DNA of 64,000 nt from an uncultured candidate division Zixibacteria bacterium (GTDB lineage: Bacteria; Zixibacteria; MSB-5A5; GN15; FEB-12). The DNA is taken from contig CAWDXE010000001.1 in assembly GCA_963806185.1 (NCBI GenBank), positions 160,001-224,000 on the forward strand, written 5' to 3'. Both the position numbers and the translations under genes were made by a program. Positions 41,304 to 50,392 of the stretch are shown piece after piece. How positions within the stretch are numbered: position 1 is the first letter of the stretch; each line of letters opens with the position of its first letter. Below the pieces are notes generated by a model that saw only the letters and a list, made by a program, of their open reading frames with translations, searched no databases and had not been told where the DNA came from.

Positions 41304-41714
41304 TTAGTCGCGGACTTTTCTGTACCGCCCGAAGTTGTGCTTGGACAACTGCTTCTTGAACTGGTTCTCCTGCGTGATCCAGAACTGGTGCATCTCGCAG
41401 CTCCCCACCTGGTCGCACGCGCACTTGGCCGACTCGGTGCACAGATTAATATGTACCGGCCCTTCGATGGCCTCGATAACGTCAAGAAACGAAATTTCCT
41501 TCGCCCCACGGGCCAGACGGTACCCACCGGTAACCCCCTGGAAGGAGACGAGTATTCCGGCGCGGGTCAGGTCTTTCAGGATTTTCGCGAGAAATTCGCG
41601 CGGAATCGCTTCCGCCTCGGCAATGGAATTGATGGAGCCGAGCTTCCCCTTCGGCAGGTTCGAGACGTGGCGCACCGCACGGAGTGCGTAGTCAGCTTTG
41701 CGGGATAGTTGCAT
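41304..41714 (-). CDS. Rrf2-family (IscR-like) regulator with a Cys cluster
   Basis: ADYALRA, FLAKILKDL, GVTGGYRL, DVIEAIEG and CTESAKCACDQVGSC. Confidence 0.92.
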   Translation of the reverse strand: MQLSRKADYALRAVRHVSNLPKGKLGSINSIAEAEAIPREFLAKILKDLTRAGILVSFQGVTGGYRLARGAKEISFLDVIEAIEGPVHINLCTESAKCACDQVGSCEMHQFWITQENQFKKQLSKHNFGRYRKVRD

Positions 41715-41989
41715 GGTCGTTCTTCCTCAATCGATATATTGCAGGTGCGTATTAAAAATGACTATTGCCGGTCCATGTACACATAGTGGAATTGTATTTC
41801 TTCTTTTCCATAATGCGCGGACATAATACCAAACCGGATGCACTTAGTCCATAAAATTCTTTCGATTTTGCCATTTTTTTGCCCCTTTTCCACCTCCGGA
41901 ACCTCCGCCCCCTCGCCGCTGTTATCGCCAAAGCCGGCAAATCCGGATAATTATACTCAGGCGAAACTTGTCCCCGCCGATTATGTTAT

Positions 41990-42014
41990 AGGATGGACAC
42001 AATTTGTCGAGTAT
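41990..42014. promoter_or_regulatory. Candidate Rrf2/IscR-type operator
   Basis: AGGATG-GAC-ACAATTT-GTC-GAGTAT matches the GAC-N7-GTC-RRS-TAT half of the IscR type-1 box. A related site lies at 41831-41855. Confidence 0.5.
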
Positions 42015-42062
42015 TTATATTGAGTGAAAATGGTAAGATTTTGTACGATAAGGAGTTGACTG

Positions 42063-42422
42063 ATGACGGAAAATGCCAAATCTACCGCCGCGGAACAGGT
42101 TATCATCCTCACCCCCTCGGCCATCGAAGAAGTTAAGCGTCTTTTGGCCGAAGAAAAGGACCAAAACCTCTTTTTGCGCCTCGGTGTCGCCGCCGGCGGC
42201 TGCTCGGGAATGTCCTACTCGATGGCCTTTGACAATAACCCCTCCGAATTCGATCGCGAATTCGATTTCGACGGGGTCAAGGTCCGGGTCGACCTCAAGG
42301 CCCTTATGTACCTGGCCGGCACCACGATCGACTACAAAGGCGGCATGTTGGGTGGCGGCTTCTCGTTCGGCAATCCCAACGCCAAACGCTCCTGCGGCTG
42401 TGGCTCGTCGTTCACCTGCTAA
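42063..42422 (+). CDS. A-type Fe-S carrier (HesB/IscA/ErpA family)
   Basis: GGCSGMSY and NPNAKRSCGCGSSF. Confidence 0.95.
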   Translation: MTENAKSTAAEQVIILTPSAIEEVKRLLAEEKDQNLFLRLGVAAGGCSGMSYSMAFDNNPSEFDREFDFDGVKVRVDLKALMYLAGTTIDYKGGMLGGGFSFGNPNAKRSCGCGSSFTC

Positions 42423-42483
42423 TTAATGCAAATTCGCCGACGTGGGATCAAAATCCCCGTCGGCTCCCTAGGCGATTCGTCTC

Positions 42484-42756
42484 ATGGCCTTTGAAATTGT
42501 TGACCCAAAAGATTTCTTCACGGACGGCATGTTCCGCGAGGCGGAGTTGCTCAACGCCGTTGATCAATTCGATTGGAGTGCCTACTCAGGTAAGATGGTT
42601 CTGGTGCGGGGCTGTTCGACAGTCATGCCACCCTGGGTGTACATGCTTATTACGAGCAAATTGATCCCCTTCGTCAAGTCCATCCGGTACGGCAACGAGC
42701 ACGACCACGTTGTCGTCTATCGCGCGAGCCGGACCGGGGAGGCGAAAAGCTCTTGA
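42484..42756 (+). CDS. DUF2480-like protein, short form
   Basis: D.KDF, FDWSAY.GK.V, PPWVYML..SKL.P and YG. Confidence 0.7.
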   Translation: MAFEIVDPKDFFTDGMFREAELLNAVDQFDWSAYSGKMVLVRGCSTVMPPWVYMLITSKLIPFVKSIRYGNEHDHVVVYRASRTGEAKSS

Positions 42757-42821
42757 GTTTTGAGGGGAACTGTTCTACCTTAGGGACCGTTTTTCCGACG
42801 AAGCCCGACGAGAACAGGATA

Positions 42822-43139
42822 ATGCCGAAGATAAAGTTTTTGCCTGCCGACATCGAAGTTGAAGTCCCCGAGGGAACTAATATTCTCGATGCCGCCCTTG
42901 ATAATAATATCCAGATCGACCACAATTGCGGCGGCAACTGCGCCTGCTCCACCTGCCATGTCATCATCGAGCAAGGGTTCGAATCGCTCGCCCCTCGTTC
43001 GGAGGACGAAATCGACATGCTTGATGAGGCCGAAGGACTTACCGACAAGTCACGCCTCGCCTGCCAGTGCAAAATTAAAGCCGACCTGATTGTACTCATC
43101 CCGGACAAAGAATCGTCCTGGGATGACGACACGTTTTAA
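42822..43139 (+). CDS. fdx: ISC-type [2Fe-2S] ferredoxin
   Basis: HNCGGNCACSTCHV, EIDMLD and SRLACQ. Confidence 0.92.
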   Translation: MPKIKFLPADIEVEVPEGTNILDAALDNNIQIDHNCGGNCACSTCHVIIEQGFESLAPRSEDEIDMLDEAEGLTDKSRLACQCKIKADLIVLIPDKESSWDDDTF

Positions 43140-43275
43140 CTCCCACGTTTAACGACGAATCTCCCCACAAGCTGTGGCTCTTGCCCCCATTCCCGTCTGC
43201 TCCCCGCCCCCCAAAGCCAATCTCCCTTCCTGCCGATAATACGTTAACCGGAATCGGGTTAAGGCGCAGGGGATT

Positions 43276-44022
43276 ATGTTACGCATCCGCTCAACAAACG
43301 GGTACTCGCTTATCGAACTCATCGTCGTAATCGTCATTGTCGGCATCCTGGCCGGCGTGACGATGCGCTCGCTTAGATCAGCAAATGATACGTCGCGCAC
43401 CGAAGAGACAAAGGCCGAACTGAACCGGCTCGCCGAGGCGATCGTCGGCACGCCCGATCAATCAGTCGGCGGCGTGCGCACCAGCTATGGGTATATCGGC
43501 GACAACGGTTCATTGCCGCCCAATCTAAGTGCACTCCTCACCAACCCCGGCTACAGCACGTGGAACGGTCCGTACATTCACGACCAGCTTTCCATTGGGG
43601 GAAACGACGAATTCACGCGTGACGCCTGGGGTGTCGCGTACGTCTACAACACCGCCACGGCCACGATCACGTCCACCGGCGGCGGCACGTCAATCTCCCG
43701 CAAGCTTGCGGCGAACCCCACCGATCTCACCATCAATCGGGTCACCGCGACGGTTGTTGATCTGAAAAAACACTGCCCCGGCGCAACCTACCGAGACTCC
43801 GTCAAATTTGTCCTGTCAGTACCAAATGGCAGCGGATCACTGGTCAACCGAATCAAGTACCCGTCGAATGATGGATACGTTCAATTCGATTCCATTCCGA
43901 TCGGCCTGCATGAATTGCGCACCATCTACCTCCCGACCGGCGACACGTTGACCCGCCGAGTCAACGTCGAACCGGGAACCGGCTACCACGCCGAAATCAC
44001 GCTTCCTCGGCAGGTATGGTGA
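43276..44022 (+). CDS. Prepilin-type (GspG-like) protein, paralog 1
   Basis: G|YSLIELIVVIVI class III signal; GYIGD, WNGPYI and DAWG. Confidence 0.88.
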   Translation: MLRIRSTNGYSLIELIVVIVIVGILAGVTMRSLRSANDTSRTEETKAELNRLAEAIVGTPDQSVGGVRTSYGYIGDNGSLPPNLSALLTNPGYSTWNGPYIHDQLSIGGNDEFTRDAWGVAYVYNTATATITSTGGGTSISRKLAANPTDLTINRVTATVVDLKKHCPGATYRDSVKFVLSVPNGSGSLVNRIKYPSNDGYVQFDSIPIGLHELRTIYLPTGDTLTRRVNVEPGTGYHAEITLPRQVW

Positions 44023-44023
44023 T

Positions 44024-45250
44024 ATGAACAAGTTGCGCACAGCCGCCGGATTCGGACTCATCGAGATCACCATGTTGATCGTTGTGACCGGCATTATCGC
44101 CGGCATCGCCATGCAGTCGATGACGGTGGCGGTGAATGATATCCGTCGCGCCAAGACGGAACGTGAAATGGAATCGCTCTCTCACGCGATCGTCGGCGAT
44201 CCTTCGGTATTGCAGGACGGTCAGCGCGCCGATTTCGGCTATGTCGGCGACGTCGGCGCCTTTCCCGCCAGTCTCAACGCGCTCTACACCAATCCGGGCG
44301 GCCTTCCAACATGGGACGGTCCGTATGTTGACGTTCCGTTTTCTCAGGACACGATTTCCTATCGCCTCGACGAATGGGGTACCGCGTACGCCTTCACAGG
44401 CGGGCTGACCATAACATCATCGGGCGGCGGAAGCACGATCACCAAGAAGATCGCCGACGCATCCTCAGACTACCTCTACAACAAGCTGCAGGGTCAGATC
44501 ACCGACAAGAATGATTCCGTGCCGGGGCCCGTTTACAAGGATTCCATTCGCGTCGTGCTTACCTACCCAAGGGGTGCATCGGGCATTGTCAACACGACCG
44601 TCACGCCCAATGCCTCGGGTGAATTCACTGTCGATTCGCTCCCGGCGGGACGCCGCCTCGTGCGCGTTGTCTACACGCCGACCAATGATACGACTAAACG
44701 GTACGTGGCCATTCAACCGCGCCATCAGAACACCCCGCCGTTAAAAGTCGTATTGCCGGTGATGCTCTACTCCTCCTCCGGAACCACTCAGATTCTCCGT
44801 CCCAATGCCCCGGGGTACGTCGATGACTTGAACAACAGTGGGTGTGGAACCGACTGGCAGTGTGTCGATGACGTCAGTGCCGACGAGAATGTCTCGTACG
44901 TCTGGACTAACGATAACAACTGGAATGATGAAACCTATCAACTCACCAACGCCGTGGGCGGCACCGGCATCATCGACAGCATCGTTGTCTCGATCCGCGT
45001 GGTCGCTGCCGGCAGCGGGAATAACCGGATTGCGCGGACAATCATCCGCACCGACGGTCACTCGTATGACGGATCAAACATCGATCTCGATCCGGTCACG
45101 TCATACACGACGTTCTCGACCACGTACGCGACCAATCCGAGTACCGGCTCGGCCTGGACCTGGACGCAGATGGATGGTCTGGAGGCCGGCGTCGTGCTCA
45201 AAAAAGACAGTCGCTGCACGCAAGTCTATATAACGGTTTATTCGCATTGA
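44024..45250 (+). CDS. Prepilin-type protein, paralog 2, with an extra C-terminal domain
   Basis: G|FGLIEITML; GYVGD, WDGPYV and DEWG; roughly 160-aa extension. Confidence 0.88.
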   Translation: MNKLRTAAGFGLIEITMLIVVTGIIAGIAMQSMTVAVNDIRRAKTEREMESLSHAIVGDPSVLQDGQRADFGYVGDVGAFPASLNALYTNPGGLPTWDGPYVDVPFSQDTISYRLDEWGTAYAFTGGLTITSSGGGSTITKKIADASSDYLYNKLQGQITDKNDSVPGPVYKDSIRVVLTYPRGASGIVNTTVTPNASGEFTVDSLPAGRRLVRVVYTPTNDTTKRYVAIQPRHQNTPPLKVVLPVMLYSSSGTTQILRPNAPGYVDDLNNSGCGTDWQCVDDVSADENVSYVWTNDNNWNDETYQLTNAVGGTGIIDSIVVSIRVVAAGSGNNRIARTIIRTDGHSYDGSNIDLDPVTSYTTFSTTYATNPSTGSAWTWTQMDGLEAGVVLKKDSRCTQVYITVYSH

Positions 45251-45260
45251 GGACGCTTGA

Positions 45261-46403
45261 ATGCATCGCCGCATGAACAGACAGCAGGGCTTCACTCTCG
45301 TCGAACTCGTGGTGGCCATCATGATCGCCGCCGTTCTGACGGCTGTGCTTATGCGCTCGGCCGGGCAGGTTTCCGACGCGGCCAATTTCAGTCAGACCGA
45401 AGCGGAACTCGACGCTCTGGCGATCGCCGTGGCGGGCAATCCGTCGCTCGAGAACGGCGGTATGCGGAGCGACTTCGGCTACGTGGGCGATATCGGCGCA
45501 CTCCCGGCCAGTCTGGATAATCTCGTTTCCAATCCGGGCGGGTATGCAACCTGGAAGGGTCCGTACATCTCCAACCGGTTCACGCAAGCCACTGATGATT
45601 ACAGGACCGACTCCTGGGGCGCGGCCTACACCTGGCAGCCCGATTCGGCGCGGATCATTTCTAATGGTTCGGGCAGTCCTCTGACCCGTCAGATTGAGGC
45701 GTCAAAGAGCGACTTGCTTATGAATCAATTCCGCGGCACTGTTCTCGACGCCGACAGAACCGCGCCCGGTCCGATATACAGAGATTCAGTGACCGTTCGC
45801 CTCACGGTGCCCAACGGTACCGGCGGCACCGTCACGAAGACAAGAACACCCGACCTCGGCGGCTCGTTTGTGTTTGATTCACTGCCGATCGGCAACCACT
45901 CCCTTCAAGTCATTTACAAACCGACCGCCGACACCATGACGCGGACTGTTGCAATCGAGCCGGGCACGTCCGAGTATGCCGAGTACAATTTCCACGCCGA
46001 CTACTGGCGGCAATCGTCGGGCGAGGGTCTGGCTATGGTGCCCGAATCGGACACACTCTATACCAGCTGTACCAAGCTCCGTTTCTACATCCGCAACTCC
46101 ACCGGCCGGTCCATCAGCGTATCATCGATACAGCTCTACTATCCCGGCACAACGGCGTATTGGACCGACGCCTTCTGGAACGGCACGCAAGTGGTGAATC
46201 TCGGCACCGGGATCGCCGGCGGCAGCTCCGCTACATTCTCTTCGGCGCAGGCGATTGGCGACGGTCAGAAAGTAAAAATCGAAATTGAACGATTTCGCAC
46301 CGGCCCCAGTTCCGGCGGCTGGGTGGACATAAGCGATGTCGCATTTACGGTTCTATTCTCCGACGGTTCCCGCATACGCTTCACGGGGGATGTATGTCCG
46401 TAA
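45261..46403 (+). CDS. Prepilin-type protein, paralog 3, with a different extra C-terminal domain
   Basis: G|FTLVELVVAI; GYVGD, WKGPYI and DSWG; roughly 130-aa extension. Confidence 0.88.
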   Translation: MHRRMNRQQGFTLVELVVAIMIAAVLTAVLMRSAGQVSDAANFSQTEAELDALAIAVAGNPSLENGGMRSDFGYVGDIGALPASLDNLVSNPGGYATWKGPYISNRFTQATDDYRTDSWGAAYTWQPDSARIISNGSGSPLTRQIEASKSDLLMNQFRGTVLDADRTAPGPIYRDSVTVRLTVPNGTGGTVTKTRTPDLGGSFVFDSLPIGNHSLQVIYKPTADTMTRTVAIEPGTSEYAEYNFHADYWRQSSGEGLAMVPESDTLYTSCTKLRFYIRNSTGRSISVSSIQLYYPGTTAYWTDAFWNGTQVVNLGTGIAGGSSATFSSAQAIGDGQKVKIEIERFRTGPSSGGWVDISDVAFTVLFSDGSRIRFTGDVCP

Positions 46404-47128
46404 AGATCAAGAGTGAACGCGCTTTCACGCTGATCGAGCTGGTTACGATCATTGTCGTGATCGGCATCATTGCGGCAGTCGCGACGCGTAAGATGTCAGC
46501 CACGCTCGACACCGCACGCTACGAGGCGACTAAGACCGAGCTTGATAATCTCGCGATGGCGGTGGTTGGCGACCCCGACTCGTACGGCGAGGGTGCGCGG
46601 GCGGTCTTTGGGTATGTCGGCGACGTGGGCGGTTTGCCGCCGAATCTCGATGCTCTGGCGACCAATCCGGGCGGGTACACGACCTGGCACGGCCCGTATA
46701 TCGACAAAGGGAACGGTTCCGACTTCAAGAAGGACGCGTGGGGCACAACCTATTCGTATGCCGGCACGACGATCTCGTCGACCGGGTCGGGGAGCAGTAT
46801 TGACAAGGTGTTTGCATCGGCATCGTCAAAACTTCTTCAGAACACGCTGCAGGGATCTGTTATTGATGCGAACGGAAGTTTACCTGGCTCGGTCTACAAA
46901 GATTCGCTTAGGATCAATCTCATCTATCCCAACGGTTCGGGTGGCACGACGACCGCCACGGTGTATCCGAATGTAAAGGGTGAGTTCTCGATTGCCAATC
47001 TGCCGATGGGGAATCGGCAGATGCAGATGATTTACTTACCGAAGACGGACACGATTACGATTCCGGTGACGATCTATCCCGGCCGCACGGCGACGATTGC
47101 CGCGATCTGGCCGGCGGATTTGTGGTGA
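46394..47128 (+). CDS. Prepilin-type protein, paralog 4
   Basis: A|FTLIELVTII; GYVGD, WHGPYI and DAWG. Confidence 0.88.
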   Translation: MSVKIKSERAFTLIELVTIIVVIGIIAAVATRKMSATLDTARYEATKTELDNLAMAVVGDPDSYGEGARAVFGYVGDVGGLPPNLDALATNPGGYTTWHGPYIDKGNGSDFKKDAWGTTYSYAGTTISSTGSGSSIDKVFASASSKLLQNTLQGSVIDANGSLPGSVYKDSLRINLIYPNGSGGTTTATVYPNVKGEFSIANLPMGNRQMQMIYLPKTDTITIPVTIYPGRTATIAAIWPADLW

Positions 47129-47144
47129 CAGGGCCGCTGAGTAG

Positions 47145-47805
47145 CTCGGGCTTCGACTCCGCTCAGCCCGGCGCTTCGCGCAACCTCGACAAGTACACCG
47201 CGACGTTTTGATTACTCATTGCGAGGAGCCTGAGCGGAGCCGAAGGGGACGAAGCAACCTCAAATCTCAATAGATAGAACAAATGGCCTTGGGCGCACGC
47301 AGCGACCGAAGGTGTCATCGCGAGGCCCGCTTCGGGCTGTGGCGATCTCTCAGTTCTCTTCCGGCTGGCGTACGTCTCGCGCGCCAACACCAACTTTCCG
47401 TGCCCGTGGCGCACGGGACGTACGCCACGCATGGAATGTCATCCCGCTAATCAATGTTGTCCTGGCCTTCCCCAATGTCATCCCCGCCTCCCCAATGTCA
47501 TCCCCGCCGCACAAATGTCATCCCCGCCTTGAGCGGGGATCCAGTCCAGACATCCGCACTCCACACGACCATCTGTGCGCCGTAGACGCCACTTCTCAAG
47601 AGAAGAAAACTGAAAGATTGCCACGACTCGCTACGAAGCGAGTCTCGCAATGATTTCATGGGCGGATTCAATCTGTATGCGCGTATCACGGCGCCCACTC
47701 TTGCCCCTTCTCCCTCCGGGAGAGGGTAGAGGTAAGGGCAAGTGAGGCGAGATTCCCTACTTGTCAGGCTTCTTGATCAATTGGAAGTAGAAGCCTGACC
47801 TACAA
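47145..47805. repeat. REP-like hairpin mosaic E
   Basis: Nested element 47213-47266, inverted TGGCGTACGTC doublet 47366-47428, AATGTCATCCCCGCC tandem 47435-47542, GATTGCCACG..CTCGCAATGA near 47616, CCC..GGGAGAGGG near 47705 and a GTAG-type hairpin 47763-47803. Confidence 0.88.
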
Positions 47806-47815
47806 GCGATGCTGC

Positions 47816-48271
47816 CTAATTGAATATCAAGCTCTGACTCACAATGACCCAGCCTGTATCCGTGGCTCTGTACGCAACGTCGCTAAACCAGCCGCTCGGT
47901 GGGTACCCCATTCGCATCCAGGCAGAATCGGCAAACAAGTCGATTCGATCGACGATGACGCAAGTGGAACACCGCTTTGGTTCCGTCACGATGGGAATAA
48001 TCACACCATTACGAACAATCTTAATTCGTTCGGACATCCAAACGCCAGAGACGCACAATTTCAGCGTATCTTCTGGCCCAGGAAGTTCGTCTCGAACAAT
48101 TTCCGTCGTTAGAGCTTTCTCAAGCAATTCTGAGATAACAATATCGGCCCTTGATTTTGCGTTGCCAGACGATTGTGTATCATTTTGGCAGCCTCCGTAG
48201 AGAAGGGCGAATAAAAGAAGTACCAATCCTGCCAGCACACGAACATTGTACGCGCAATATCGATTAAGCAT
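47816..48271 (-). CDS. Orphan lipoprotein, AT-shifted
   Basis: Lipobox LYGG-C; visibly lower GC than its flanks. Confidence 0.72.
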   Translation of the reverse strand: MLNRYCAYNVRVLAGLVLLLFALLYGGCQNDTQSSGNAKSRADIVISELLEKALTTEIVRDELPGPEDTLKLCVSGVWMSERIKIVRNGVIIPIVTEPKRCSTCVIVDRIDLFADSAWMRMGYPPSGWFSDVAYRATDTGWVIVSQSLIFN

Positions 48272-48287
48272 ATCCCACTCGCCCCCC

Positions 48288-50210
48288 CTACCTATCCACC
48301 CCCACGCCCAGCTCATACACTCCCCGCCCGTCCTCGTTCGACTTCGGGCCGATCCACTTCGTACCGTTTGTCGCCCACGGCTGATTGTAGGTGTCAGTCC
48401 CGCCACCGTCGATGAAGATCCCCATCACCGGCAACTTCCCTCGCGCACCCGCGATCTCTCCGTTCGCCTTGCCCAGCGTCGCGCCACCCTTCGACGTGTA
48501 CACGTCATCACCGGAGTAATCATGAAAGATGCCAATCCCGTTCGCATTCCCGCCGCCGAGCGACAACGTCGGCGCGTTGTACGTATCATTGCCGGCTCGT
48601 TCGTTGAAGAAGCCGATCGTAAAATCGTGCCCCGCACCTTGCGCCATGTTCATGGTTGCAGTGTAGGTGTCATTGCCGGCGAAATCGTCGAGATACCCGA
48701 CGCCAAAATGCGCCCCTGATCCCTGCACGTACCAAATGCCGTCGTACACATCGTCACCGGCGCCGTCGAGCAGCATGCCGACGGAGAACCAATAGGCACA
48801 CCCCTGCGCAAACAGTCCGGCCGAGTAGCTGTCTTTCCCCTCAATGTCACAGAGAACGCCGAAACCGCCCGCCCAGCTGTGACCGTCGACATAGTCTGCC
48901 CTCTTGCCGAACCCGACCCCCTGCGCCAGCGATGAGTTGTGCTCGGCCGTCTGCGGCGACGGCGAGAAAACCGTGTCATCCTCGGCGACATACTTGTCGT
49001 CACCCGCTGCATTCACCAGAACGCCGCACCCGCGCGAATAGGCGTACCCTTGCGACGTGGTCAGGCAATACAACGAATCGTTACCGGACAGGTCGGACAA
49101 AATACCGAGACCAAAGACGCCCGCCCCCTGGCACAGATTCTTCCCGGTGTAGAGATCATTGCCGCCGCCGTCGAGTAACATGCCCGCGCCCAGCACGCCA
49201 CACCCTTGCGAGGCGTTGAGGCCGATATATTTGTCGTCCCCGGATTTATCAATGAGAATAGAAATACCGAGCACGCCGCCGCCAAAGGCCGGCTGATCCT
49301 CGCTCTTCGCCAGGTATTGATCGTTCCCGGACGCATCGACGATGATCGACACCGGATACTCGTCGGGAAAACCGCCAAATTTGTAGGTGTCGTTCCCGCC
49401 GCCATCGATGATCAAGAGCGGTGCCTCGAGATACTCGTATTGATCGTCACCGGTCGTGCCGACCACGATCAGCCCTCTGCGTGATTTCAGTTCGAGTTTG
49501 ATTTTTGGAAAAGTCGCAAACTCAAGCGAATCGGCGATCCGCTTGGCGACCTCAGCCAAATCCTGCGCGCTGGCCGCCAGCCGATCGTAATCCATCCGTT
49601 CGGCCAAATCCTCGACCATATCATTCAATTCTTGCTTCTCAGTGGTCAGGTAGTCGATCACCTGACTGCGGGTCTTCCCCTTGTTTTCATCGGCCAGCAC
49701 TTTCGGCAACGGGAACGCATCGTCATCGATGACATTCCAGAGCACGTCAATCTTTGCGCGCAATTTGACATACTGGCTCCCCGCCAGAAAATTGTGGCCG
49801 CCGGTCATCGACGCTTTGTTCGCCGTGTCCTTCTTCTGATAGGCTTCCAGAGCATCGCCGATCAAGCCGCGCCGGACGGGATGATCCATCCATCGGGATG
49901 CCGCAGTCGCCAGGCCGGTTAGATTGCCCGCGTTGTCCTTGAGGGAGGCGAAAATCAGGTCGCCATACTTGGGGAGCTTGAGCGGATGTTTGTGGAACAT
50001 CGTGAAGAAGCTGCCACGCCAGCGGTCGCCACCCCACGTCGCCATTTCGTCCTGATCGAAACCGATATCGGCGGCCGTCAGGCCGACCTGGCTCATGGCC
50101 GTATCGAACAGTTCCACCTGTGGGACCGCCATGCGATCGAACATCTCGGTGTTCTGGGCCGAGGCGGAAGATACGAGCAGACAAAGGGCTATGGCGAGCA
50201 CGCGGTACAT
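48288..50210 (-). CDS. Secreted protein with about 13 Gly-rich DxxGxDxY repeats (RTX-like beta-roll)
   Basis: Signal peptide ending ASA-Q; repeated QG.G..G.G.L.D..G.D.Y units. Confidence 0.8.
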   Translation of the reverse strand: MYRVLAIALCLLVSSASAQNTEMFDRMAVPQVELFDTAMSQVGLTAADIGFDQDEMATWGGDRWRGSFFTMFHKHPLKLPKYGDLIFASLKDNAGNLTGLATAASRWMDHPVRRGLIGDALEAYQKKDTANKASMTGGHNFLAGSQYVKLRAKIDVLWNVIDDDAFPLPKVLADENKGKTRSQVIDYLTTEKQELNDMVEDLAERMDYDRLAASAQDLAEVAKRIADSLEFATFPKIKLELKSRRGLIVVGTTGDDQYEYLEAPLLIIDGGGNDTYKFGGFPDEYPVSIIVDASGNDQYLAKSEDQPAFGGGVLGISILIDKSGDDKYIGLNASQGCGVLGAGMLLDGGGNDLYTGKNLCQGAGVFGLGILSDLSGNDSLYCLTTSQGYAYSRGCGVLVNAAGDDKYVAEDDTVFSPSPQTAEHNSSLAQGVGFGKRADYVDGHSWAGGFGVLCDIEGKDSYSAGLFAQGCAYWFSVGMLLDGAGDDVYDGIWYVQGSGAHFGVGYLDDFAGNDTYTATMNMAQGAGHDFTIGFFNERAGNDTYNAPTLSLGGGNANGIGIFHDYSGDDVYTSKGGATLGKANGEIAGARGKLPVMGIFIDGGGTDTYNQPWATNGTKWIGPKSNEDGRGVYELGVGVDR

Positions 50211-50392
50211 ACGATCTCCTGTGGCAAAGGTTGGCGTAAGTATAGCCAACCTTCTGCCCCGCAACAGCTAAAAACTGGAACGACGAAACGCGGACTGGTT
50301 GCTCCGCGAGACGATGGTTTATCTTGCCCCAGAGCGCGCAAACGTGTACTTTATGCGCCGCTATTGTAATTGCCAATAAGTCTGGAGAGAAT

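Noticed and set aside
43276..47128. Shufflon, silent pilin cassettes or diversity-generating retroelement
   Set aside because: All four genes are complete with their own N-termini. There is no recombinase or reverse transcriptase and no near-identical template/variable repeat pair.
47435..47542. CRISPR array
   Set aside because: 15-bp repeats with only about 5-bp spacers at a 20-bp period, and no cas genes.
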